Assembly (NCBI GenBank): GCA_012295275.1
Contig: CM022670.1
Coordinates: 29,946,001-30,010,000 of the forward strand
Length of the DNA stretch: 64,000 nucleotides
Direction of reading: 5' to 3'
Source: Chrysomallon squamiferum
Taxonomy: Eukaryota; Animalia; Mollusca
Below the pieces are notes generated by a model. The model was not told the origin of the DNA. It did not search any database and was given only the letters and a program-made list of their open reading frames with translations. Shown here piece by piece: positions 26,974 through 39,729 of the stretch. How positions within the stretch are numbered: position 1 is the stretch's first letter; the number at the start of each line of letters is the position of its first letter. A program made the translations under genes and the position numbers.

Positions 26974-29900
26974 AAGAAAATAAAATATAAAATAAATAAA
27001 TAAATAAATAAATAAATAAAATAATAAAATAATAATTATAAAAATAAATTAAATTAATGAATTATATATAGTAAACAAGGGTTGCTTAAAATGCGTGGTA
27101 TGCTTCCTCCCAGTGTGCGCCTTTAAGTGTGTGTATGTGTGTGTGTCGTGTGTACGACTGTGGTCGAAAGAAAGTTTATTACAGTTTTAAATCACTCTAT
27201 CTATATATATATATAAATGAAAATTAATATGTCAATGTAACAACTTTAAAAATGAAACCCATACTACATCCAATAACAACGTCTAAGTTGGCCTAAGTGT
27301 TATAAGTGTTGTACAATAATCAACTAGAACGCAGGCAGAATCACTCTAGTTTAATAAGTAAGATTAATATTGTACGACGCATAAATGTCCTCTGATGAGG
27401 TCACTTGCGATACATAACCATTCTCTTTTTTATTTTCTTGTGAGAGGGTTGAATCAGTTCTCACTGCTTGGCTTGAAAGTGTGAGTGATGTCAAAAATGA
27501 CGATCGACATTGTTGGTTCCAAGTACGTTTTGTACGGTTCGGGTTGTATGCGGTCTGGTATTTTGATGCTGATAAATTACACCATGTGGCTGCTATTAGA
27601 TTACAGGAAGGACAGACCCAGAATGAAATCGATGTAATGCTAAACTGCCAGTTTTCGTTAACGATGACAGAGGTGTCCTCTGCTGCCCAAAGATCCCTCC
27701 CAACAACGTGGCTACCTACCGAACGCAATGAGCCGCCGTTCTTCTCCTCCGCAGTAGATATTCTGTCTACCATCAACTCTGAACTAATAGAACCTGCTTT
27801 AATCAGTGAAGACTACCTTCTGTCAGTCTACATGTAATGTTACATCAACCCTGGAACAACCGAAGATTCTTACGATAAAGGCTTAGGTAGCTTTCATCTG
27901 TACCATATTCAATTTTCATTCGCGTTGTTCAGATGTAATTCGTGGTATTGCTATTGTAACTTTTGTGTTTGCCTTGGATGTGTGACATGCCGTCTAACCG
28001 TTTTTAATTGCATGTGCAATTGTGATTGTTCATCAGTCACATGCTTTTCACTTTTGTTTACATATTCTGTTCAAAATAGACTTGAAGAAGAAAATTAATA
28101 ACAATATGAAATTAAATAAAAAAAGAAAAAAGAAGGAAAAAAAGAATATTAAGAGAAACTGTGCTAAACGAGCTGTGAGAATGAAGTTAAGTAGCACTTA
28201 GTCAAACACACTCGTGAGACAAAAACTAAATCAATTGGTAAAACGCCGCCATATTGTTTCCGCGTCATATGAGATGACTTTCTCTTGTAGCCTGTCCATT
28301 CATCTCATATTAATTACTCCCTCGGGCTAATCCATAGTGAAAAACAGATCTTGGCTTTTACATAAGGGAAAAATAATAACCTCATTTTTGTTCTTGGCGT
28401 GAGTATGGCAATAACATGTCCGTGTTTAAATAAATTCGTAGCATTTCCATAGAAAATTTATCGTAATAATAAAAAAATAAATAAATAAAATAATTAAATG
28501 AAAACATAAAACAACAGTGTATTACAAAAAAAGTTTTTTTTTTTGCATTTCGCATATTTTAATGAAATAGCATAAGCAATCCATGGAACACGTCCCACTA
28601 TTTTTAATTTTCTTTCTCATTGTAATGAATGAAACTGTAATGTAATTGTAATGTAAAAACTGATTAATCTCCACCATGGCGCCAAGAACTGACGTAAAGA
28701 ACAAAAAATCAAGTCTTATTTCTTTCTTTTGTGTGTGTAATGGCAACATGGTGGAGATTATTCAGTTTTTACATTACAAAATAAGTATCGTTTTCAGATA
28801 CTTCATATAAGCAAAATCAAATTCCTATCTTAACCCCCCCAAAATCTCCCCCCTTTAATTTCCGGTAGAAAGAGATGAACAAAATGTCCTTAGGGAACAT
28901 AATAATTGATAAAAACAATGCAGCATACGTCTGAAAGACGATCGATAATAATAATGTGCTGGCCTCACAAATATCGGTTAATTTGGAATTCGTTTCAGTT
29001 ACCTGTCATGAAGAGAGACGACGAAAACCTCACACTTCTTCATTATGAGAAACTACGTATTACGAAATCACAGACTATTAGTTCGTTAGATGTCGTTCAT
29101 TAATCCCGAGAAAGAACTGACTTATTCTGATGTTTTTAAAATGGTATTAGGCTCTAGAAAATATGGCTGTTTTAAAACATTAAAAAATTAACCGTTGAGA
29201 GATTGTTGCATTATTTGTTAATTCATCAAATGCCGTTTATTAATGCTGTGCTACGACCGACTTACTTGAAAGGCTGTAAATTATTAATGATATAACTTCG
29301 GAGAATGCTTAGTTGAATTATGACATTAAAATGAGTCCGTGGAGAAATAGCAGACTTAAAGCACTTTAATGTATGAAACTGACAAATAAATGTCTATACT
29401 TTTCCAGGAAAATGTTTTTTGCATTTCAAAAGTTTTACGTATTGATTAAATATGCTATCTTTTATTACAATATTCACTGTTTTTAAAGTCTGCTTGATTA
29501 ATTTGATCGTAGTTGTCATTTTCTTTGATATCTGCTATCTGTTGAATAAATAGTCATGGTCTATGAAATATTGTTTGTTATTTAAAATAGTCATTATCTC
29601 TTTAATATTGTTTGTTGGCTAGATTACTCATTGACTTTGATAAAATTTGCTAGCTAAAATTTTAATTGTTTATCATGTTGGTTTAACTGTATTAGTTCAT
29701 TAAGACAGATATAATTTTCAAGTTCAGAGAATTCATTTAAGGTGACGAAAATCACATAACCCTATCAATAATAAAAAAGGAAAAAATCTTGCATCCGGAA
29801 TTGAATACAAGGGGCTTGACCTTGTTGAGATTCTGTCTGAAAATCTTCCTTTTATTCTCTAAGAAAAAAGAACGATTAAAAGAATGTTCAGTATCCACTG

Positions 29901-32900
29901 CAGCTGGAGCTGAACTACTCGATCTTATCCGACGAGACATACATCCATCTTTTTACAAAAGGTTCCACATGAAAAAGACAGTCATAACTGCTCATAAACA
30001 GTTATCAGTCGACTCAGTTAACAGAATGCAACATTAACGTAATCGTTCATGTATCTAAGTTTTCCTGGAACTATTTACCTGTTAGCAAGATTTATTTATT
30101 TATATTTTAAAGTTGAAGAATGTTATTGAGAAGCAAACACCAAAATAACTCCTTGTCTTTGTGTTACAAAATAAGTCATTTCGAGGCCACACAGACACCA
30201 TTATTTATTCATTACAACATTGTGTGAAATATTTTCTTTAATGTATTCCTCTTGCTAATTTCACCTGCCTGGTATTTTTCCCAAGGTATTTCACCTGCTA
30301 ATTGCACCTGCATACTGATAAATCCCTGACGTTAGATTGTGCGTTGAAGAAAACTGAACAAACGAGTGTTTGTGAATCGTAGTGATATCGTGCACTGTTT
30401 GTACAGAGTGTCAAGAAGAGGCTTCGAAGATAAGTAGACGTTGAAGTAAATAGTGGATCGAGTTAACAAGACAAGATCGGCGTTGTGAAATGACGATAAT
30501 TCCTTAACGATCATGATAATAATGCAGCAGCAATAAATACTACTAGTACTACTCCTACTATTACTACTACTACTACTGCTACTACTGCTACAACGATAAA
30601 CGACTGAAACAAACGCTTCAGCTATTTCCTTCATACTTTACTGCTACCAGTACTATCATCACTGCTACTACTGTTATTACTATTATAACCAGTACTATTA
30701 TTTCCTTTTCAGTTAACTACTACTATTTCTACTATTACAACTAGTACTACTGCTACTGATATCTCTACTGCTATTGCTACTTCTACTACTACTACTACCA
30801 CCTCTATAACTACTACTACTATGACGACTACAACTACTACTACTACTATTAATACATAACTGCTACTATTACTAGTACTACACTACTTCTACTACTACTA
30901 TTACTGCTTCTAATAATAGTAATGAGGATCAAAAGAAAATGAAGAATGTTTTTAAACACAACTATAGCAATCTGTCAGCCACAACATAACAAACGAAACA
31001 CTGAAGTCACTGTAACATATGCTAAATGACAGAGCTGGTCATAACAACTACTTCACACAAACGTCAAGGTGAATCGTTAAGTAAGAGGTAATCTGGTGAA
31101 AATCAAGATTCTTTAATGTGTCTTGTTAAAAGGTCAAATAAATTGAGCTTAATCGCTATAATTTAATCTTAATAATATGCAGAATTTTTCTTTTGTAATT
31201 GCTAGCAAGAATATAAGACTGAAACCACAGAATAGATGTTTAAGACTCAGAACTGTCGCTTGTTAAGCACACGCCTTTACATGATCCTGCTGACTATTCC
31301 TGATATGGTTATTAACTAGGAGTAAATAATATTTTACGGTGTACCTTTCGATAGTTGGGAGAATAGAAACAATAGTCGTTGCAGGAAACTTGATAGGAAG
31401 GGTATACAAAATTAATTTGCTACCAGACAATAAAAAATTTCTTTAGAACCTTTATTGTTCCCGCACTCATACAAACGTACATACACACACATATACACGC
31501 ACACGCACATGCATGTATGAATGTTATGAATGTATGTGTGTGTATGTGTGCTACTAGGTATGTTTATATTTATCTCCTAGTATGACACCTTATTGCTAAT
31601 GTCTAAATCCGAGTCTTTTTATAAAAAGTTGCTTCCCTGACCATAATCGCTTCGAGTCAAAACGTGAATCTGAGTGCATCTCAAAATAGTCAAATTCCTC
31701 TAATTCCTTTCCTGATAGTCAAAATTTCCCATTGATTATTGAAAAACTATACGACCAGATCCTTTTATAAGCAGCGCGGATAAATTAAATGAATCTTCAG
31801 ACATCCACAATACTCTTCAAATCAAGGTCAGGGCGGCCAAAAAGAACTTGTCACAAACAATCGGACAAGCTTTAATATCCTTGTTTTTATACTTAACTAT
31901 AAGCTAAGAAACAACAACAGTGGCAACTGCAACAACAACTACAAAAGTGTCAACGAAACATTCTTGAAACCTCACAGTCAGACGGGGCCTAATGCATGTT
32001 AGTTCAGTTATTACTTAACACACTCAGTTAAAATTCGACATACAGGGTATTAGCATTTCCATAGCTTAGTGCCTCATCACATCTCGCACCTTCCTTCACT
32101 GTAATCTACGGCTATTGGCTTATCTGGCACATGACGTCATTTGTCCACTAGCCTTATCTTGGAAATTTACAGACCTAACAGTGATTAGTAGCAGTCTCTC
32201 TGACGTTAGATCTTTGGTTTAGCTGAGTAATTATAATAAATTTGCATGGTTCGCTGGTTATTGGTACATGTTAGTCGATGCTTGATATTCCCTTCAACAG
32301 CTGAAATCAATGAATTGGTAAATTACTATAATGTCTTCACTGACACACATACATGTTCCATTAATTCTGCTGATACAAAAATTGAAAAATAGTATGGCTG
32401 TACTTACGTTTGATGTAGATATATGAAAAACAGTTATAACAAATACAACAAAAACAACAAAAAGCATCGATATTATCACTTGCATGGCAAACAGAAAAAA
32501 GGACAAACATTAAAATACAGTGGTACCTTGACTTACGAGTTTAATTCGTTCCGTGACTATGCTCGAATCTCAATTTGCTCGTATTTCAAATAAATTTTCC
32601 TAAATGAAATTAACTGAAATACCGTTAATCCGTTCCAGCCTCTCAAAAAGAACTGCACAAAACGCAAGCACAACACAAAAGAGATGCTTCTGCGGCAATG
32701 TAACCACGTGAAATAAACGAGTGAGACACGGGATGCTGGCCGGATGCTTCGTTGTTCGTTGGGCCAACTAGCGGCGTCTTGTCTGAAGCTCGTTCGTAAC
32801 TCGGTACTCTAAGCAAAAAATCGACCAGGCGACTGCTCGTATCTCGAAAAACTCGTAAGTTGAGGAACTCATTTATATATGTGTGTATGTGTGTATGTAT

Positions 32901-34828
32901 GTATGATTGTATGTTTTCTTTGTTTTTTATGTTTTGTTTTTGTTTGTTTTTTGTTGTTTTTTTTGTCAGAAGAAAACAAAAATAATAAATAAACAACCCA
33001 CCTAAAAACAAATAAACACAAAATAATCAGAATACACCTTTCGAAAAAGAAAGTTAAAAAAAATTAAAATAAAATAAATTAAATTAATATTAAAAAAACA
33101 AAAATACTAATTAAATCAGTCATAAAACAACAGCAACAAAGAACAAATAAAAAAATAAAACACAACCCCCCCACAACAACAAGAAGACTAAAAGGTAGAA
33201 AAACAATAACTGCGAATACTATGATAAATGAACAATATCGATTCACAAAACTGCCATTTTAGTTTTCTGTAGAGATAATGAACGGGAAAATTGTATTTTC
33301 TTTTCTGATACACAATCAGATACAAAAATGCTCTTGTATACACGAATGGCGTAAAAACAGTTAACGTTATTGGTTATGCGTCAATAAACATAGGTATGTT
33401 ACAGCGTTTCATTCTAACGTTGCGGCGTCGTTTTGTAAAGAGTTTTTTTTAATAAACATAGTTTTCCTACAGAAAAATTTAACTAGTTAGTAGTAGATAA
33501 TGGGTGTGTTCCAAATACACTCCACTAAAGATAGCAATGACATTGTCGGTTATATAGCTTATACAGTAGTTACAAACTAGAAGAACAAGTCAACTTATTT
33601 CTTGATCACTTATTAATCGTTAGAGAAATCGAGTGGGTTAAACGTAATTTGTTTACTTAGTTTAAGGATTTGTTAATGTAATTATAAATTACACGGATAT
33701 TAAAATGTGTGTGAAGCAAAACTGTTTAATACACCTTCATTTATTGCCTTTAACATGTTAAAGCAATGTCCAGTTAGTGTTTTTCCTTTATTTTTTAAAG
33801 GGAGTTTTATGAATGCAATAATAATAATATCTTGCTAGCCACTGCAAAAATACAGTTCATTAAAACAAATGAAATTCAGCGTAATATATTGCTATTCATC
33901 AAACATAAGTAAAAAAACCCAAAAACAAATCTAAACAAAACAAACAAAAACAAATATTGTTTTTTTAATGACAGATTTTATATTTATATTATAAAGAGTT
34001 TTAGCAAACTTTAATCATCGGTGGGTTTTCAATGTTTTCTAATATCTCATCGAATAATAAGAAAGATATCCCTCTGTCGCTAGTCATATACTACTCTTTT
34101 CTTTCTTTTTTTAAATTAACAGCAAGAGATCTTTTACAGTTATTATCCCCAAAGCAGAAAAACACTTGCCATGGTCTTTGATAAGTTAACTGTTTTGCAA
34201 AGGATAGAACGAAAATAGGCGCACTGAGGAAAAAGGGCAATGTGGGCCACCATGTTTTTGTCCTGCACAGTTACTACAAAACAACAGCACGACCACACAA
34301 AGTTATCATTCCTTTATAATGTTCGTTGTAACTCTTTGATTTAGAATGTCATAACTATTCAATTCTTTTGTTTCGGAAAATAACAATTCAAACAGAAAGT
34401 TTAAGACTGATGTTGAATAAAGTCTTATTGTCTGGAGCATCTGTGTTATAAAAATTAATGACATCTTTTCAAAAGCACTTCGGAATCTTTGAATGACTTT
34501 CTCAGCAGTAATTGTCTTTTATGACGAAGTGAAAAAGTGATAACATGAATTTTTTTTTTTTTTAAGAGAAAGAATATCAACATAAAATTATATTACTGAA
34601 GTAATATTTGTTAATATGAAGGAAACAGTTATTGTTTCGTATGGTAAAAGCTTTGATCATACGTATTTAGATAAAAGTCGCCATCCTTTGGAGATGTGTT
34701 AATACTAAGATATAAACCTTCTACAACTGGGTAAAAGTGTTGTCAGCTGTTTATTTAAGTCTTAGTAGTTTGGTCGCGATGTGGTTGTTTTTTCTATGAT
34801 TGAATGTAATTATTTTATTCAGTAACAG

Positions 34829-34886
<58 letters not shown>

Positions 34887-34987
34887 ATAATAATAATAAA
34901 AATAAACCGAATGAAATTGAAATAAAGAAACTGAGAGATAGATAAAAGAGGTAGACCTAAACAGACGGTCAGAGATAGAGAGATAGA

Positions 34988-35086
<99 letters not shown>

Positions 35087-36133
35087 AAAAACTGAGTTCG
35101 AAAACAAGTAGATGCATTTTTGCTAAACAATCAAAGATCAAGACTCTTTTTTTTTTAAATAGTAAGATTAAATAAAACAGGTGAAAACAAGCAAACAGAC
35201 ATTGAACCGCTGATGACACCGAGAACTGATATAATCGGTATAATTTTTTAACAAGCAAAATCTTTATTTCGCAAAACAAATGAACGAAGATATTTATATA
35301 GAAAAATAGAAATGATTAATTTGTATAAATCGGTCTCATCATGATAAAGCTCATGTCAAGAAATATTTAAAAATAACACCATTAACAAAGAAGAAAAGAT
35401 AAGCTTCTGTTCTTCCATTAAACATAGAAAAGGTCTGACGTCTCTGTGTTAATTTTATTAGCTATTTCTCTGTCAGTGGAATTATACTCCTCTTCGACTA
35501 GTTCTAGTGTCAATCGATACTCGTTTTTTATATACCCACATCTTAGGACATAGCTTTATTTCTACTGACTTTAACTAGTTTCTAAGCTTATGTGTAAGGA
35601 CAAGCAAAATGCCAAGGACAATCTTTAGTCAAGCCCTGCTTGAAGAAAAATCCTCATCACCGGATAAGTAGAATTCCTTAAGGAAATCCTTTTTTTAACA
35701 GAAAAAAATTAAACAAAAAATCACGATTCTCCTTTTTTTTTTTTCAGGCTCAGTTTTTAACCTGACCTACATTGTTTCAAATTTAATTACTTTATAACCG
35801 TTAACTTTTTGTGATATATTTTTTTTTATTTCAGCTAAAAATTGAGTTGAATGATTTTGCTTGCCGGGTGTGTTTAGTTAAATAAGTGGCGTATGTGGGT
35901 TATTGAAAAAAGTATCTGTAAAGAGGTTGCTGTTTCTAAGCTTAGTGATGTTTATTTTTAACTGTATATATATATTTAAATAATATATTAAAGTTACGTC
36001 TGGACGAATCATTTTGTAATCTGTCTCTCTTTTTATCATACACACGTAATGCACAGACGTTTTGTAGTATTTACATAACTATATAAGCATCTGTCTCTCT
36101 ATATATCTGTATGTCTGTCTACCTATCTACCTA

Positions 36134-36166
<33 letters not shown>

Positions 36167-39086
36167 GTCTGTCTGTCTGTCTAGCTATCTATCTATCTAA
36201 CCTGTACAGATAGTTAGACACAAAGACAGATACAATAAAAATAGAGGCGTAACATAATTATTGTCCAAATGTAATTTTACAATACACTGTTCATTCCAGC
36301 AGTTTAACTAATTGCTAAATTGATTTATTGCCTTCCATCTTTTTTACTTGTTCGAGCAATAAAAACGAAACACATTATTATTTTTGCTGAACCATTCATT
36401 TCCTTTGGCCTTTGTAAGAAACATCTCCATTAGCAGGAAGTACATTTTATCGACTTTCTTTTTTCTTTCTTCTATCTCTGCTTCTTTGAGTTCATTTATG
36501 TAATTTAAATATAATTTACCAGACTTGGTTAGCTTTCTTAAGTAGTGGTTACAATCCATAATGGGGTTTTATTGTAAAACGTTTAAGACAGAATAACTTT
36601 TAAAAGCGTCATATTAATTATGAATGATAAAATGATAATACCAATTTAGCCAATTATGAATACCGGACTGGATAAACAAAACATCGATTATCTCTTACAG
36701 TGAAGGTTCAATGAGATTATGCAGACGTGCAGGAAAAAAATAAAGAAATAAAAAGAGGTCTTCAGCTTGATTTGACACGAAATCGTTGTCAACGCACACA
36801 GGTTTGTCAGAACAATGGTCGCACTGGTAGCCATCAATGGCCGAAATGACACAGCAGTTTTATATGCTGATAGCAATCGATGGCCAAACTGCTGCGGTGA
36901 AATGATTGCAAACATTCTTAGAGCAAGAATACTTTCCAAGTATTAACATTTACAAGCAATATTTAATCGACTTGTTTACTCAAAGAAAGTGCAGTTTCCT
37001 TGGTTACAACAATCCATGCACTACGTGGTGATGATAATGAGATGACATATTATAATTCAGCCTATAGTGGACTGTTGCCTTCAGCCGCCTTCTCTGATAA
37101 TGCTGATCAAATGAACGTTTTGATTAAGTTACATAGATACATTCGTTTTAGTCTATGTGTTATAACTGAGTGAAAGGATAGGTCAGTACAAGCAATTAAC
37201 ACAGATAACAAAGTATAAGGATATAAATTTTAGTTCAGTCCTTCTAATATAATTATATGAAAAATATTAATTCTCTTCATCTTGAAGATAGAAAAAATAT
37301 TTCTATATTATTCACAATATACAGAATGAGACATTGTTTTCTTGTTTTCAGAGCTAAAGAAAATATGTTAGACATGTGTTCATTATTTTTATTTCTAATT
37401 AAAAATAACTATGATGCTTAGAGCAAGTAAGAGAATTTCACGTCCAGACAGGAATTATAGAGTAATAATATTGTGAAATAAACGAGTTAGGATATTTTCC
37501 AGTGAACCATGATGAATGTATTGACTTTTACATAGCTTATTTCTGTATTACAGTATGTCGTAACTGTAGCCTTGAACTCCCGTCCATTGTATCTTAATAG
37601 GCTGAAATATCAAAACTCATTTTTTAAATCACTGGGAATGAATTTGTATATTTGTTTGACTGTATGTATGTGTATGTAGTTTTAAGATTTTGAATATTCA
37701 CTGTCTTTTGTACGTCTGAATAGACTCTGCACACAGTCAATACTCGGGAACGCGCTGCAGCAGGAGGACAAAGTCCAGTCACGACCTCACAAACACGTCA
37801 GATGCCGCTGACGAGACTCGAACGTATGGTACCCATTCGCCCGCACTCCTAAGGCGGACGATGTTAGCGTTTGGCCATGAGACAACCTTGTATGTATGTA
37901 TGTATGTATGTATGTATGTATGTATGTATGTATGTATGTATGTATGTATGTATGTATGTATGTATGTATGTATGTTTGTATGTATGTATGAATGTATGTA
38001 TGCATGTGTGTGTGTTTGTCTATGTATATATGAATGTATGTTTGTATATGTATGTGTATATGTGTTCTTGCGTGAATGTGTGTATGTGCGCCGCGTGTGT
38101 GTGTTTATGTATGTATGTATGTATGTATCACACAAACTTAATTATGATTCCACAGACACGGGAAGGAGAAATATCAAGCGTTATTAAACTGTGGTCAGTG
38201 AAATATTACAATTACTGAAGCCCAAAGCTTGTGCAAAACGTGTTTATACATATTTATAAAGTCTATAGGGAATAAAATGCATATAAGCGTTTAAATTGGT
38301 GAAAAATCTAAATGGCGTGGATATATTTTGAAATTCAAAACAAAAACAACGTTGTAAAGACTAAGAATATATAAGAGAAAGATATTATCTGTCTGTCCGC
38401 CCGTCTTTCAATCAATCTCCCTTTCAGGTTATCTATTTACCTACCTCTGTCTCCCTGTCTGTCTATCTGTTATGTCTACCTATCTACTAATTGTGTGTCT
38501 GTGTGTCTGTATGTTTCTCTATCTATTTATAAATATTATATATATAGAACACACACATAAATATAAAGGATGAGCGTGTGCTGTTTACGCCTACACTGAA
38601 TTCTTTGGAGTTTTAATGCAGTATGAATGAAAAGTGAATTTCAAGTATTTGAAATTTCATCAGCTTTAATCCGTATGAAAAACATTCTTATCTTACTGCA
38701 TTTTTTTTTTTTTAAATCCTATTATTTTAAAAGCCGTGTTTATACGACTGCGTGTTCTATACGATACAGTGACACTGTTTATAGATTAGTCAGTTATTTT
38801 ACCTTGAAGAACAGATGTATAACTTAGTGACGATGTCACTGATGTTTGGCAGACTGTAATAACTTAAATATTTTAAATATGATATACAACAAAATAATTA
38901 TCGAAGGGGATATTTAAACACGAACGTTATGCGCATACAAATGAATAAAAGTAAAAATGAAAATAAACGATAATGTCTAGCGCGAAGAATAGTGAAAATA
39001 TTTAAATAGTTTTTATGAATTCAACCACCCACGTTTATCACGCATAAACTTCCAACTATTAGTAACAACAGATAAATTACTTAATA

Positions 39087-39124
<38 letters not shown>

Positions 39125-39729
39125 TATTAACATCAGCTTTGCGAAAAAAATAACATCTTTCGGTAAAGAAACCCTTCCCAAAAACTGATATCAAAGAAGA
39201 AGCAAACCAAAGTTTAAATGGAAGTTTTCAAATAATTATCTGATAATTCATATAACTTTAATTTTAATTTTGATTTTAATTTTATTTATTTATTTATATT
39301 TACAGACATTATATAAATTATGTGAATTAAAACAAGTAATAATAAGAAAAAATAATAATTAAAAAATACTCACCAAAAAATTAAGTATAAATGATTATTT
39401 TCTGAACTATAAGAATTCATAATTAAGACTAGAAATTAGCGATAAGACAGCTTCTAGCTTGTGATTCCAGATATTAATACATTTTATCTTAATTATGGAC
39501 ACATATAAAACACATTCCATAAGTTTAAAAGGAAAGAATTTCTTAAATCATTACACTATACATATTAATACTAAAATACCTCTGCATAGATCTGTGTCTG
39601 TAACCTCTAGGATATCATAAAATCATCTGAAACGCAACCACGTACACTGATTTATAAATCAGCAAGGCTCTGTTATCGAGAACAAAAGGTACTTACTGAC
39701 TGCTTGGCTGCATTAGCAATTGCATCCAT
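10107..39729 (-). CDS. CBARP: CBARP/BARP-like type III membrane protein (Cav beta subunit-associated regulatory protein homologue); spliced model ~837-856 aa
   Basis: Phase-consistent GT-AG exon chain: 39697-39729, 26092-26237, 16994-17131, (16623-16675), 16286-16336, 15413-15557, 10107-12111. N-terminal TM followed by CKYC. Motifs RRVSF, RYTEGDFHHLK, YRELWNLRATLEE, DSGYKSLE, RDYSIDEKTNKIFNDFIRHD and IPII..EEE are collinear with motifs I recall from vertebrate CBARP (GRRVSF, RYTLTEGDFHHLK, YRDLWSLRASLE, DSGYASIE, RDYSIDEKTDALFHEFLRHD, IPVIEEE). Confidence 0.88.
15413..15557 (-). CDS. CBARP: CBARP-like internal exon (AHDDEAVVEDETK...GGRRVSFQLDEPPKSKTSILKDFR)
   Basis: Acceptor ttgttttcttcag, donor AG|gtttgg. 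Phase 1 to 2, which matches the downstream exon. Contains the conserved RRVSF. Confidence 0.85.
16286..16336 (-). CDS. CBARP: CBARP-like small exon (ESEDVDETTHLKSDFEK)
   Basis: Acceptor aactttcag, donor AAG|gtattg. Ends in phase 1 as the next exon requires. 5' boundary is ambiguous (16336 or 16332). Confidence 0.65.
16623..16675 (-). CDS. Possible 53-nt CBARP exon (GYVNKDVNLICITVYFIT) bridging phase 2 to phase 1
   Basis: Strong acceptor tttttcttttcag and donor CAG|gtagtg; restores the reading frame. However, composition is intron-like and an alternative solution exists. Confidence 0.35.
16994..17131 (-). CDS. CBARP: CBARP-like internal exon (RQHGVERERQFRTLQRYETINSDAFSEASSASLDGTPHRSKKYFGF)
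   Basis: Acceptor ccttgttccag, donor GG|gtaaat. 138 nt, open in the phase-2 frame set by the TM exon; GC-rich island. Confidence 0.82.
18378..18460. repeat. (AAT)n(GAT)n compound microsatellite
   Basis: Direct reading. Confidence 0.95.
20427..21487. repeat. Dispersed direct repeat pair (~60 bp near-identical core)
   Basis: GAACAGTCC..ATGTAC.GGACACTGAAATTGTCTAGACTTAAAGATGACTTTCTATAT at 20457-20516 and 21403-21462. Confidence 0.9.
21893..21970. repeat. (AAT)n microsatellite
   Basis: Direct reading. Confidence 0.95.
24627..25588. repeat. Minisatellite, ~60 copies of a 16-bp unit with 32-bp higher-order alternation
   Basis: Units GCATACTGTTCATAAC, GCATACCATTCATACC and GAATACTGTTCATAAC; homogeneous centre, degenerate right end. 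Confidence 0.95.
26092..26237 (-). CDS. CBARP: CBARP-like transmembrane exon (NYIGHGEATVSPVITLIILITGVVGGLFIVVCVIIFCKYCVRAKKHFR)
   Basis: Acceptor ttgctctttcag, donor AG|gtgtgt. ~24-residue hydrophobic helix followed by CKYC and basic residues, like CBARP LLLCKRCW. Confidence 0.88.
26340..26560. repeat. Degenerate ~50-bp tandem repeat (4-5 copies, core GAAACGTGAA)
   Basis: Core GAAACGTGAA at ~26347, ~26396, ~26449 and ~26497; variant GAAACAGGAA at ~26545. Confidence 0.75.
26850..27030. repeat. Compound (AAC)/(AAAT)/(AAT)/(AAG) microsatellite
   Basis: Direct reading. Confidence 0.9.
27300..28050 (+). mobile_element. Possible decayed Tc1-like element (paired-like HTH remnant)
   Basis: ORF 27481-27837 segment DADKLHHVAAIRLQEGQTQNEIDVMLN resembles Tc1 N-terminal 'AIGRLQAGxTQxEIA..LN'. 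GC-richer block; TIRs not resolved. Confidence 0.35.
32518..32870 (-). mobile_element. Tigger/pogo-derived MITE (non-coding deletion derivative)
   Basis: TA|CAGTGGTACCTTGACTTACGAG...CTCGTAAGTTGAGGAAC imperfect TIRs; homologous in inverted orientation to 52405-53064. Confidence 0.8.
33950..34250 (-). mobile_element. Old SINE relic, family B (Meta-domain-like tRNA-SINE)
   Basis: CTACTCTTT..TAACAGCAAGAGATCTTTTA..CTTTGATAA resembles 61546-61729 and my recollection of molluscan MetaSINE cores (TAGCAGCAAGGGATCTTTTATATG). Confidence 0.5.
34830..35085. repeat. (ACT)n (34830-34886) and (GA)n (34993-35085) microsatellites
   Basis: Direct reading. Confidence 0.95.
37728..37889 (-). mobile_element. tRNA-derived SINE fragment, family A copy 1
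   Basis: Reverse complement has A-box-like TGGCCAAACG and B-box-like GTTCGAGTC; ~150 bp homology to 56940-57099. Confidence 0.7.
37890..38128. repeat. (TATG)n microsatellite and degenerate extension
   Basis: Direct reading. Confidence 0.95.
39697..39729 (-). CDS. CBARP: Probable start-codon exon coding part (MDAIANAAKQS); whole exon 39697-39752
   Basis: Acceptor ttttttgtttcag at 39753-55 and consensus donor |gtaagt. ATG in ATCATGG context with an in-frame upstream TGA. Phase 0 matches the TM exon. Confidence 0.6.

Noticed and set aside
37820-37889. Possible tRNA gene
   Set aside because: A/B-box-like motifs but no cloverleaf that I could fold; a diverged second copy indicates a SINE.
37779-38218. 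ORFs rich in YIHT/MYVC, poly-I, poly-T, SL or ER (also 8890, 19126, 21840, 25553, 34751, 50139, 58192, 58674)
   Set aside because: Translations of microsatellites.
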